Positions 38,358-47,414 of a stretch of 64,000 nucleotides of DNA are shown here, one piece after another. Each line of letters begins with the position of its first letter. Position 1 is the first letter of the stretch. The DNA is taken from positions 91,931 to 155,930 of the IMG/VR virus record IMGVR_UViG_3300033074_000711. One strand, 5' to 3'. Source of the DNA: a virus (lineage: Duplodnaviria > Caudoviricetes). The notes beneath the pieces were generated by a model. The model ran no database searches. It worked only from the letters and a program-made list of their open reading frames with translations, and was not told the DNA's origin. The position numbers were made by a program, and so were the translations under genes.

Positions 38358-39131
38358 ATGAAAAAAAGAGCAGTACTATCAGTTTCAGGGGGGATGGATT
38401 CAACCACTCTCATGATACATATGTTAAATAAAGGTTATAATTTAAGAGTGTTAAGTTTTTTTTACAATCAAAAACACGACATTGAATTGAGCAGGTTAAA
38501 AAATAATATCCTATACTTAAAAAATAAAGGATTTTTCATAGACCATCACACTGTAGACTTATCCTCAGTTATGTCACTGTATGATTCTGCTCTGATAAGA
38601 GGTGGTGTTGATATCCCGGAAGGTCACTATTCATCCGAAAACATGAAGCCCACTGTCGTACCGAACAGAAATGCTATTTTTTCATCGATTGTATACGGAA
38701 TGGCACTGTCAGATGTCAGTAGATTTAATACCCACGTCGATATAGCACTCGGAGTTCATTCAGGGGATCGTGAGATTTATCCAGACTGTCGGCCTGAATT
38801 CTTTGATTCAATCGAGCGTGTGTTTAAGATGGGTAACTGGAAATCAGAAAATGTGTCTTATTATTTACCGTATGTTGGTGTAACAAAATATGAAATATTA
38901 TTAGATGGTAAAACGTGCTGTGATAATCTGAATTTGGATTTTAATACGTTGTATAGTAACACCATCACGTGTTATCAACCTAACAGCACTGGTCGGAGTT
39001 GTGGAAAATGTGGGTCTTGTGTTGAAAGGATTGAGGCATTTTCTAAAATGGGAATTCAAGACCCTATTGAGTATGTAAATAATTGGGATGTTACACAAAA
39101 GCACACAACGAAAATCTTGGGTGAGCTATGA
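38358..39131 (+). CDS. queC: 7-cyano-7-deazaguanine synthase
   Basis: SGGMDS, TVVPNRNAIF, YPDCRPEF, TCY...CGKCGSCVER. Confidence 0.95.
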   Translation: MKKRAVLSVSGGMDSTTLMIHMLNKGYNLRVLSFFYNQKHDIELSRLKNNILYLKNKGFFIDHHTVDLSSVMSLYDSALIRGGVDIPEGHYSSENMKPTVVPNRNAIFSSIVYGMALSDVSRFNTHVDIALGVHSGDREIYPDCRPEFFDSIERVFKMGNWKSENVSYYLPYVGVTKYEILLDGKTCCDNLNLDFNTLYSNTITCYQPNSTGRSCGKCGSCVERIEAFSKMGIQDPIEYVNNWDVTQKHTTKILGEL

Positions 39132-39976
39132 TAATAAATTTAACACCTGATGGTGTATTTCCGATTATATATGATAAAAATGGAGTGTTAATAAATGAGA
39201 TCACAGACACTGGGTATCAAATTCCGGGAACATTACAAGGTGAAGGGGTTTTCAGCGGTATTCCAAGTATTTTTATTAGAACCACAGGGTGTAATTTGAG
39301 ATGTGCGTGGGAAACCCCTGGTGGTGGATCTCCTTGTGATACCCCATACTCGTCGTTCGATCGTGAAATTTTTAAAGCAGAAATCGATGATGTGGTGTCC
39401 ATAGTTCAACAGAATACTGTGAGTGTTAATATAAAACATATTGTGATCACAGGGGGAGAACCAACCATTCAAACGAATGCGTTAGTTGAACTGATTACTA
39501 AATTAAAAAAACATCAGTATATGATAACATTAGAAACCAATGGAACTTTATATAATGATTTTGTTGCTCAAAATGTTGATTTAATCTCATTATCTCCTAA
39601 ATTAAAATCATCTGTTCCTTTAGAGAGTCATTTAATTAATACACCATATAAATTTAATAAAAACATCGCGATTGCGCATGATAAAAAACGAATTAACATA
39701 AATGTATTACAGCAATATATTGACAATTCTATTAATTATCAATTAAAATTTGTAATATCATCTTATGATTATGAAACTGATATAAACGAAATACAAACGA
39801 TTTTACATAAATTAAACAATATAAAAACTGAAAATGTTCTAATAATGCCTGAGGGGTTAATGGTAAGTAAATCCACTGCTCATTATAATAAAGTGGTTCA
39901 ATATGCTATACAACATGGGTATAGGTTTTGCCCTCGAATTCACACGTTTTTATACGGAAATAAAAAAAATGTTTAG
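39128..39976 (+). CDS. queE: 7-carboxy-7-deazaguanine synthase (radical SAM)
   Basis: TLQGEG, FIRTTGCNLRC...CDTPY, ITGGEP, ETNGT, SPKL, PRIH. Confidence 0.9.
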   Translation: MIINLTPDGVFPIIYDKNGVLINEITDTGYQIPGTLQGEGVFSGIPSIFIRTTGCNLRCAWETPGGGSPCDTPYSSFDREIFKAEIDDVVSIVQQNTVSVNIKHIVITGGEPTIQTNALVELITKLKKHQYMITLETNGTLYNDFVAQNVDLISLSPKLKSSVPLESHLINTPYKFNKNIAIAHDKKRININVLQQYIDNSINYQLKFVISSYDYETDINEIQTILHKLNNIKTENVLIMPEGLMVSKSTAHYNKVVQYAIQHGYRFCPRIHTFLYGNKKNV

Positions 39977-39984
39977 GAGGTATT

Positions 39985-40464
39985 ATGTTATTAAATAGCG
40001 ATCAAGTTTTACAATATGTAACAAATGTTCACAAAATTAAACAAAAACAGCAAGTATCCGTAGATTTAACTGTTAAACACATTAATAAAATACAAGGTGG
40101 TTACATCAGTAATGATAGTACACAATTATATGATTATGAAGAAGTTGAACTCGTTAATGGTGTATTTCATTTAAAGCGAGGGTCATACAGTATGACATTT
40201 AATGAGGGGTTAACACCACTACCACCTTCACTGACAGCATTTATTACCCATCGTAGCAGCCTACTCCGAATGGGTGGTATGATATCGAGTGGAATTTTTG
40301 ACCCGGGGTTTTACACAGCAAATCTAGGAGCATGTCTAATGATATTTAATGATGATATTAAAATTGAAATCAACAGCAGGGTTGCCACAATATTTATAAC
40401 AGAAAATATACCAACACAAAATATTTATAACGGCCAGTGGCAGGGTGTTTTAGATAAAAAATAA
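39985..40464 (+). CDS. dCTP deaminase / trimeric dUTPase family
   Basis: VDLT, RSSLLRMG, FDPGF, YNGQWQ. Confidence 0.8.
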   Translation: MLLNSDQVLQYVTNVHKIKQKQQVSVDLTVKHINKIQGGYISNDSTQLYDYEEVELVNGVFHLKRGSYSMTFNEGLTPLPPSLTAFITHRSSLLRMGGMISSGIFDPGFYTANLGACLMIFNDDIKIEINSRVATIFITENIPTQNIYNGQWQGVLDKK

Positions 40465-40488
40465 TAATAATAATATAAGGATATACAT

Positions 40489-41457
40489 ATGAAAAATTTA
40501 CCGGATATGCAAAGCACTCAAACAGGGTTTCCTAAAATCCCAATCGAAAAAGTTGGAGTGAGAGGAATAGTAGTCCCCATCACATTATATAAAAAGAGTG
40601 GTGGGCTGTTTTCAACCACAGCAACTGTTAGTTCATACTGCTCACTGGTTGAAAATATAAAAGGGATAAATATGTCAAGGATTTCTCGAACGATTAATGA
40701 TGTATTATCTAAACAACCACATAATATTGGATTCGTTAATTTAAACGAATTTGTAACAGAGCTTAAACATGCACACGGAGCGGATGACGTATATATAAAA
40801 GCTGAATTCAAATACTTAATGGAGTTAGTTTCTCCAGTGACACAGTTACCTTCATACGAACCTGTTGATGTTATAATGGAAAGTGTTTTAAAAACAATAG
40901 ATAATGTAAGTGTGTTAAAAACATATTTAACTGTGTCTTCCACTGAGATGTCATTATGCCCATGTTCGAAAGAAATGTCATCTTTAATGAATAATTTAAA
41001 TGAGAGTGAGCTCGAAGAGATATCAAAATTATCACAACACACTGTAAATAAATTAAAACTGTCAGGGTTTGGTGCCCACAATCAAAAATCTAATATAACA
41101 GTCACAGTTGAATCTGATAAAATATTTTATATAGAAGATCTGGTGGATATAATAAAACAAAGTTCTTCATGCCCTACGTTTATTGTATTAAAACGACCTG
41201 ATGAAAAATGGGTAACTGAGGTGAGTTACACGGGTGGGTATTTTGACGACAGTAAATCGTTTGTTAAAGTCGGTAGTGAAGATCAATACGGTCCAAAATT
41301 TGTCGAAGATATTTCTCGATTAATAGCTGAGAAATTAAATAAATTGTTAGACAATGAAATTAATGATTATGTCATTGTTGTAAATAATGAAGAAAGTATT
41401 CACTCGGGTGATTTACAAGCAACCTCAATATTAACAGCTGGCAGATATTTAAAATAA
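40489..41457 (+). CDS. folE2: GTP cyclohydrolase IB
   Basis: LPDMQ, IEKVGV, KGINMSR, SLCPCSKEMS, GAHNQKS, LKRPDEKWVT, PKFVED, EESIH. Confidence 0.9.
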   Translation: MKNLPDMQSTQTGFPKIPIEKVGVRGIVVPITLYKKSGGLFSTTATVSSYCSLVENIKGINMSRISRTINDVLSKQPHNIGFVNLNEFVTELKHAHGADDVYIKAEFKYLMELVSPVTQLPSYEPVDVIMESVLKTIDNVSVLKTYLTVSSTEMSLCPCSKEMSSLMNNLNESELEEISKLSQHTVNKLKLSGFGAHNQKSNITVTVESDKIFYIEDLVDIIKQSSSCPTFIVLKRPDEKWVTEVSYTGGYFDDSKSFVKVGSEDQYGPKFVEDISRLIAEKLNKLLDNEINDYVIVVNNEESIHSGDLQATSILTAGRYLK

Positions 41458-41471
41458 TTTCGAAATAACCG

Positions 41472-41495
41472 AAAGACTCTCACAGAGAGTCTTTT
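41472..41495 (+). terminator. intrinsic terminator
   Basis: aaagactctc-aca-gagagtcttt hairpin with T tail. Confidence 0.7.
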
Positions 41496-41534
41496 GATAA
41501 TAATATAATTTAATAACTTTAATAACAAAATAAT

Positions 41535-42365
41535 ATGAAAATATCACATGAAGTACCATATACACTGATGAATGAATCTCTTGAATTTAACGATTATGAT
41601 TACGCACTAGTTCATTTATTTGAACAAAATGAAAATTATTTTCAATTTTATTATGACTCGATTCATAAACGAAATCGAGTTGTTTTAATAGATAATAGCG
41701 TTTTTGAATTGGGAAAGGCGTTTGATACTCATAAATTCATTGACCAACTCTTCAGAATAAACCCGACGAATACTACTGAATTTGTTATCCCTGATAGCTT
41801 GAGTGACATGCGTTCGACGTTACGGCAAATGGATGAGTTTTTAAAAATACTACCTAAAGACGTGAAAGGTAAAAAAATAGGAGTTGTGCAAGGAAACTCC
41901 AAAGAAGATATTATAACATGCTATAAACATATGTCAGAAGATTATCGCGTTGATAAAATCGCGATTAATTTTACAAATGACGTGATGTCACAATTTATAC
42001 CAATTAATGTTCGGTTAAATAAATCTTCCCGTTATTTATCCATACGCGGTCGATATTATTTTATAAAATATTTAATAGAAAATGATTTGATCAATAATAA
42101 AAAACCACATCACTTACTAGGATGTGTGTTACCTCAGGAATTTTCATTTTATAAAGACAAGAAGCGATATGGGTTTATAGAGTCCTGTGACACATCAAAC
42201 CCAGTTGTCCACGGAATTCACGGAATTAAATATTCCGATAATGGATTGGAAGAAAAATTAAATATAAAATTAGTTGACATAATATCCACACCAATGGATG
42301 TTATTGATCGTTTTCGTCATATTATATACCATAATATATACACATTTAAACAATTTTGTGAGTAA
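41535..42365 (+). CDS. TGT/DpdA-like TIM-barrel protein (candidate 7-deazaguanine transglycosylase)
   Basis: IDNSVFE, VIPD, GVVQG, HHLLG, SCDTS parallel the TGT barrel motifs; in que cluster. Confidence 0.55.
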   Translation: MKISHEVPYTLMNESLEFNDYDYALVHLFEQNENYFQFYYDSIHKRNRVVLIDNSVFELGKAFDTHKFIDQLFRINPTNTTEFVIPDSLSDMRSTLRQMDEFLKILPKDVKGKKIGVVQGNSKEDIITCYKHMSEDYRVDKIAINFTNDVMSQFIPINVRLNKSSRYLSIRGRYYFIKYLIENDLINNKKPHHLLGCVLPQEFSFYKDKKRYGFIESCDTSNPVVHGIHGIKYSDNGLEEKLNIKLVDIISTPMDVIDRFRHIIYHNIYTFKQFCE

Positions 42366-42370
42366 ACAAC

Positions 42371-42937
42371 ATGAACAAATATATTAAAATAGGGTTAACA
42401 GGTATTCACTCTTCAGGGAAAACCACAGTATTTAATGAATTGAAGCGGTTAGAAGCATTTGAAAAGTTTTCGTTTATAGACGGACCTGCTCGCAAATTAA
42501 AAAACGAAGGGATAAATATAAATGAAGCAGCAGATGATGTGGCGCAGGTTATGCTGGTTAATCGGACAGTCGAAGGTATATTTAAACCGGGTAACACGGT
42601 TTCCGACAGGACTTTGATTGACGCGATGGCATACACTGAATGTTTATTTGGTATGAATAAAATATCAAAAAATGTACATGATTATGTGTCTCTTATATTT
42701 AACCAATATATAAATACTTATGATGTGATATTTATATCAAAACCTGAATTTAATATGGTGGATGACGGTGTGAGGAGTACTGATATTGAGTTTTATAATA
42801 AATCTAATGAGGCGTTTGAATATTATTATGAGAAATGTAGTGAGATTATACCAAATAAATTAATCAGATTATCAGGAACTGTTAAAAATCGAGTTGATAT
42901 AATAATAAATTCATTAAAGTTACTAAATTTATTTTAA
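42371..42937 (+). CDS. P-loop nucleotide kinase (AAA_28/NadR-like)
   Basis: GIHSSGKTT, SDRTLID..AY, DDGVR. Confidence 0.7.
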   Translation: MNKYIKIGLTGIHSSGKTTVFNELKRLEAFEKFSFIDGPARKLKNEGININEAADDVAQVMLVNRTVEGIFKPGNTVSDRTLIDAMAYTECLFGMNKISKNVHDYVSLIFNQYINTYDVIFISKPEFNMVDDGVRSTDIEFYNKSNEAFEYYYEKCSEIIPNKLIRLSGTVKNRVDIIINSLKLLNLF

Positions 42938-42971
42938 TTTTATATATTTATAATTATTAATCAACTAATAT

Positions 42972-43760
42972 GTGGGTAATTTTGTGTCGAAAAAACGAGT
43001 TAAAAATTCGCAAAATATGGAAAATGAAGTAAAAAATGTATTATTAAATCAACAGCAAAATCAAGATGAAAATCAAGATGAAACCCAAAAAGTATTAATA
43101 GGTTCTAAAATTAAAAAGTTAGATGTTAATTTTAAAACAGAGTCACAAGAGCAGTTATGGAACATGATAGAAAGTAAAGAAATAATAATTTGTGCTGGTG
43201 ACGCCGGTACTGGTAAGTCACATATATCATTATTAAAAGCATTAGAGTTAACAAAAAAATATCCTAAGAAATATAAAAAAATATTTATAACAACACCAGC
43301 GAAAGAAGCTGATGGTGAACAAATGGGTTTTTTACCAGGTGGTGTTGAAGAAAAGTTAGCACCATATACATATAGTTCTTTATATCTATTAAAAAAGATA
43401 TTAGGTGATGTTAAAGTAGACAGATTAATAAAAAGTAAAGATGTTGAGGTTATAGCATTAGCATATTTACGTGGTGTAAATATCGATAATGCTATATTAA
43501 TATGTGATGAAGCTCAAAACTTAACTAAAAAAACATTAAAAACGCTATTAACCAGAATTGGTGAAGATTCTAAATTTATTTTAAACGGTGATTTAAGTCA
43601 ATCAGATAGAGTCGATGATTATAAAAAATCAGGTTTATACTTTGCTTTAGAAAACTTAAAGGATATTCCGCAAATAGGTTTATTTAAATTCAAAGAAGAA
43701 GATATTGTTAGAAATCCTGTTATTAGTTTAATTATAAAAAGATTTAATGAAAATAATTAA
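42972..43760 (+). CDS. phoH: PhoH family ATPase
   Basis: GDAGTGKS, MGFLPG, LAYLRG, DEAQN, LTRIG, GDLSQSD, DIVRNP. Confidence 0.9.
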   Translation: MGNFVSKKRVKNSQNMENEVKNVLLNQQQNQDENQDETQKVLIGSKIKKLDVNFKTESQEQLWNMIESKEIIICAGDAGTGKSHISLLKALELTKKYPKKYKKIFITTPAKEADGEQMGFLPGGVEEKLAPYTYSSLYLLKKILGDVKVDRLIKSKDVEVIALAYLRGVNIDNAILICDEAQNLTKKTLKTLLTRIGEDSKFILNGDLSQSDRVDDYKKSGLYFALENLKDIPQIGLFKFKEEDIVRNPVISLIIKRFNENN

Positions 43761-43762
43761 AT

Positions 43763-43797
43763 TAACTATTTACTTTTGTTAAATAATTTATTATATT
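43763..43797 (+). promoter_or_regulatory. repeated sigma70-like promoter
   Basis: taactatttactttt...tatatt. Confidence 0.7.
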
Positions 43798-43809
43798 ATA
43801 AATATAAAA

Positions 43810-44106
43810 TTGAGTATTATTATGAAAATGAAAGAAGTATTAAAAGAATCAAATTATATTTTATATCACAAAACTTATACTGATGCTGTATCTGAATTTT
43901 TAAAGTATATAGAAAAATCTGGCTATACATATGATAAAGATGAAGTTGCTGATGCTATAGGTATAAATTCTGTTAGACCATCAGAAGGAAGAACAACAAA
44001 GGTTTCAATACCAATATACAAAAATGGAAAAATACAAAGAAAATATGCACACATGCAGGTATATGGTAATAGAACTAATTATGAATTAAATTGCTATATA
44101 AGTTAA
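43810..44106 (+). CDS. short-leader protein (MKEVLKE)
   Basis: Leader ending LKE; likely start 43822 or 43828. Confidence 0.6.
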   Translation: MSIIMKMKEVLKESNYILYHKTYTDAVSEFLKYIEKSGYTYDKDEVADAIGINSVRPSEGRTTKVSIPIYKNGKIQRKYAHMQVYGNRTNYELNCYIS

Positions 44107-44116
44107 GGATAAAAAA

Positions 44117-44812
44117 ATGAAATTAAGCATATTGTATAATGATATTTTTTATGGGTCACTATTAAACGAAGGTGTTTTTGATAAACACATATTTAAATGT
44201 ATATTTTTAGCAGGTGGTTCTGGTGTTGGTAAATCATTTATTAGTAATAATGCATTAAGTGGTTATGGATTAAAGGTTGTTGATTCAGATAAAGTTTTTG
44301 AGATTTTAATGAATAAACAAAATTTATCACTAAAAATGCCAGATTCTGAAAAAACAGAAAGAGATGCTGTTAGAGATACCGCTAAAAAGATAACGGTTAA
44401 GTTTAGAGATACTTATATCAATAATAGATTAGGTATAATAATAGATGGAACTGGAAAAGATGCCGATGAATTAATAGGTTTATCTGAAAAATTAAAAGAA
44501 ATAGGTTATGATACATTTATGGTTTTAGTAACAGCAGAAGAAGATATAGCCATTGAACGCAATGCGAAAAGGCCGAGAAGTGTACCAGTTGATTTATTGA
44601 AAAAGATTAGAAAACAAGTATTAGGTAATATTAGTAGATATTCCAATTATTTTGGAAATAATTTTAGACTTTTAGATACTAGTGATGAATCAAAAACAAG
44701 TGATATTAAAACTAACTTATCTAAAATTATTAGAAATTTTTTAAATAAAGGTATAACTAATCCATCAGCTAAAGTTTGGATTGATTCTGAACTAGAAAAA
44801 AGAAAAAGATAA
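44117..44812 (+). CDS. P-loop kinase (zeta-toxin/AAA_33-like) with LLNE leader
   Basis: LLNE|GVFDK, FLAGGSGVGKS, IIDGTG, ERNAKRPRSVP. Confidence 0.7.
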   Translation: MKLSILYNDIFYGSLLNEGVFDKHIFKCIFLAGGSGVGKSFISNNALSGYGLKVVDSDKVFEILMNKQNLSLKMPDSEKTERDAVRDTAKKITVKFRDTYINNRLGIIIDGTGKDADELIGLSEKLKEIGYDTFMVLVTAEEDIAIERNAKRPRSVPVDLLKKIRKQVLGNISRYSNYFGNNFRLLDTSDESKTSDIKTNLSKIIRNFLNKGITNPSAKVWIDSELEKRKR

Positions 44813-44823
44813 TTTTTTTATCA

Positions 44824-44858
44824 TAACTATTTACTTTTTATAAATAATTTATTATATT
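44824..44858 (+). promoter_or_regulatory. repeated sigma70-like promoter
   Basis: Followed by tgtaaattaaattaa and agaggttataaaATG. Confidence 0.75.
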
Positions 44859-44895
44859 AGTATTGTAAATTAAATTAAATATAAGAGGTTATAAA

Positions 44896-45062
44896 ATGAA
44901 AAAGGAATATAAAGAATTAGATAGACAATTAGATAGATTAATTGGTTCGGTGATGAAAAATTTCACGCAAGCCACAGAAGTAACTTATTAAGAAAAGATG
45001 AAAGTTTTTATAGTCAATATAATTGGAAAGAACAAAATAATTTGGAGTACATATGGCCTTAA
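44896..45062 (+). pseudogene. remnant of pyrimidine-dimer glycosylase-like (DenV/MSMEG_6728-like) gene
   Basis: 44940-45062 translates NWFGDEKFHASHRSNLLRKDESFYSQYNWKEQNNLEYIWP*, out of frame with ATG 44896. Confidence 0.6.
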
Positions 45063-45442
45063 ATAAAGAATCATTACACAGACAATTGTTAGATAAATTT
45101 TTATATTTTAATGATATAAACCTAACAAATATTCAATATGAAAATTTATTGAGTTATGTTTTAGAAAATGCAACTGAAGATAATACGGAAAAATTAGATA
45201 GTTTAGAAGAACAAATAGAAGAATTAGAAAGTTCAACACAGTGTTTACAAGTAGATGTTGACGAACTTAAATCTGATGTTAAAGAATTAATAAAAAAAGT
45301 TGAAAATGTTATTGATGATAAAACAATATTAAAAGATATAAATAACGAGGTTAGTTATTTATTAGGTAATATAAGAGAATGTTCAACAACGGCATACCAA
45401 TTAACTTACGAATTTACAAACTGTTATAATAATATGGATTAA
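45053..45442 (+). CDS. coiled-coil hypothetical protein
   Basis: GGAG RBS; heptads. Confidence 0.55.
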   Translation: MALNKESLHRQLLDKFLYFNDINLTNIQYENLLSYVLENATEDNTEKLDSLEEQIEELESSTQCLQVDVDELKSDVKELIKKVENVIDDKTILKDINNEVSYLLGNIRECSTTAYQLTYEFTNCYNNMD

Positions 45443-45444
45443 AT

Positions 45445-45879
45445 ATGAATTTAACATATGAGATACATGAATATTTAAATTTATTTACAAAAAGATTTGC
45501 ATTATTAAAATCACATGAATTACAATATCCATTAAAATTAGATTTTGGTTCAGAATTTAATAGTATTTTTACAAAGATTGACAATGAATTTAGTGAGTGT
45601 GAGTTAGCATTATACAGCTTAGTTAAAAATATAGAAAAATCATCAGAAGCTTGGTATAATATTAGAGATGCTGTAGAAATTTATTATCAATATTTATATA
45701 TTATGAATGAATTAAATGTTGATAATGAAGAACAAGAAGTTAGAGTTAAACCTATATTTAATTCTGTTAGTACTGAGATTAAAATTTTAGAAAAAAATGT
45801 AATAGATTTAATATATGAATATTTCGGAGTGATAGTAAATGACATTGAAAAACATAAAAGAAATTTTATATCGTTTTAA
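45445..45879 (+). CDS. hypothetical protein
   Basis: Operonic ORF. Confidence 0.55.
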   Translation: MNLTYEIHEYLNLFTKRFALLKSHELQYPLKLDFGSEFNSIFTKIDNEFSECELALYSLVKNIEKSSEAWYNIRDAVEIYYQYLYIMNELNVDNEEQEVRVKPIFNSVSTEIKILEKNVIDLIYEYFGVIVNDIEKHKRNFISF

Positions 45880-46045
45880 CGGCAGTTTTGAATCTAAAAA
45901 TAAAAATAATTTTACAGTTATTATACCGATAAATTATTTTACAGTTTTTACATATAAGTGTAAAATTACTGATAATTATATTATATCAGAAAAGCAATTT
46001 AATAATAAAATAATATTAACAATAAGTAATAATATATTAAAATAA
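45839..46045 (+). CDS. hypothetical protein
   Basis: GGAG RBS. Confidence 0.45.
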   Translation: MTLKNIKEILYRFNGSFESKNKNNFTVIIPINYFTVFTYKCKITDNYIISEKQFNNKIILTISNNILK

Positions 46046-46076
46046 AATTATAAAATAAAAAAAATAGAGATAAAAT

Positions 46077-46292
46077 ATGTCAGATGAATTTTTTAATTTT
46101 ATGTTAGTTCAAAATGGTGTTAAAATAAAATTAACAAAAAATCATGTGGTTTTATATTGTTTTGAAAAAGATGCATCAATTTGGTTAAATGAAAAAAGTA
46201 ATAATGAGGATATACATTTATTTTTAAGATTATGTAGTTGTGATAATGAGTATATATTTGAAGAAATTAAAAAATTAATAGGAAATTTATGA
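46077..46292 (+). CDS. hypothetical protein
   Basis: Overlaps glf start. Confidence 0.5.
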   Translation: MSDEFFNFMLVQNGVKIKLTKNHVVLYCFEKDASIWLNEKSNNEDIHLFLRLCSCDNEYIFEEIKKLIGNL

Positions 46293-47413
46293 AAGTACAT
46301 ATAATAGGTGCTGGTATAAGTGGATTAACAGTGGCAAATAAATTAAGTGGTATAACGAAGGATATTTTTATATATGATTCTAGAGAACATGTCGGTGGTA
46401 ACTGTTATTCTTATATTGATGAAAAAACAAATATAGAAGTACATAAATACGGGCCGCATATATTCCATACTAGTAATGATGTTGTAAAAAGTTTTTTAAA
46501 CGGGTTAGATATAAAATTTAATAATTATATTCATAAAGTAAAAGTATATAACAATCTTTCATATTATTCATTTCCATATAACAAATTAACACATAATCAA
46601 ATTTATGACGGTATTAATAATTGTTTTGTTGTTAAAGAACCAACATCCGCTAAAAATTTTGAAGATTATTTAATACAAAAAATAGGAAAACGTGCATATA
46701 GTATTTTATACAAATATTATACTAGAAAGCAATGGGGTGTTAGCGGAGATGAACTTCCAGTAGAAATTGCTAAGAGAATACCAATTAGAAATAATTTTAT
46801 AGATGATTATTTTGATGATGATTTGCAGGGTATTCCAATTGGTGGTTATTCTAAAATATTTGAAAGTTTATTAAAAAACATAAATAAAGAAAATATAATA
46901 CTAAATAAAAAAATAGATTTTAACTTTATTAAACAAAAATTAAAAGAAGGTGATATTTGCGTTTACACAGGTTCATTAGATGACTTAATAATATTACAAA
47001 ACAAATTGCAATATCGTTCTTTAGATTTTGTTTTTAAAACAGTTGATATAAGTAAAACAATAGGGTGTGCACAATTAAACTTTGCGGATATTGGTACGGT
47101 TACTAGAGTAACAGATTTTTTATATTTTGATTATAATAAAAATAAAAATAGTAAAAAAACAATATTGTGTTATGAATTTCCAAAGGAATGTATATTAAGT
47201 GATGAAAAATATTATCCTATAAATAATATAAAAAATGATAAAGTTTATGAAGAATATTTAAAAACATTATATGATAATAATAAGTTATATAACTCTGATA
47301 ATTTATTTTTATGCGGTAGATTAGCAGATTATAAATACTATAATATGGATATGGCTATGTACAAAGCAATATTATTAGCAGAAAAAATACAGGAAAAAAT
47401 TAAATGGAGTTAA
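46289..47413 (+). CDS. glf: UDP-galactopyranose mutase
   Basis: GAGISG, HVGGNCY, VHKYGPHIFHT, YTRKQWG, QGIPIGGY, YRSL, YYP, GRLADYKYYNMD. Confidence 0.9.
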   Translation: MKVHIIGAGISGLTVANKLSGITKDIFIYDSREHVGGNCYSYIDEKTNIEVHKYGPHIFHTSNDVVKSFLNGLDIKFNNYIHKVKVYNNLSYYSFPYNKLTHNQIYDGINNCFVVKEPTSAKNFEDYLIQKIGKRAYSILYKYYTRKQWGVSGDELPVEIAKRIPIRNNFIDDYFDDDLQGIPIGGYSKIFESLLKNINKENIILNKKIDFNFIKQKLKEGDICVYTGSLDDLIILQNKLQYRSLDFVFKTVDISKTIGCAQLNFADIGTVTRVTDFLYFDYNKNKNSKKTILCYEFPKECILSDEKYYPINNIKNDKVYEEYLKTLYDNNKLYNSDNLFLCGRLADYKYYNMDMAMYKAILLAEKIQEKIKWS

Positions 47414-47414
47414 G

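Noticed and set aside
43059-43082. aatcaagatgaa tandem duplication in phoH; (cta)n run near 49550
   Set aside because: Short in-frame slippage in low-complexity termini
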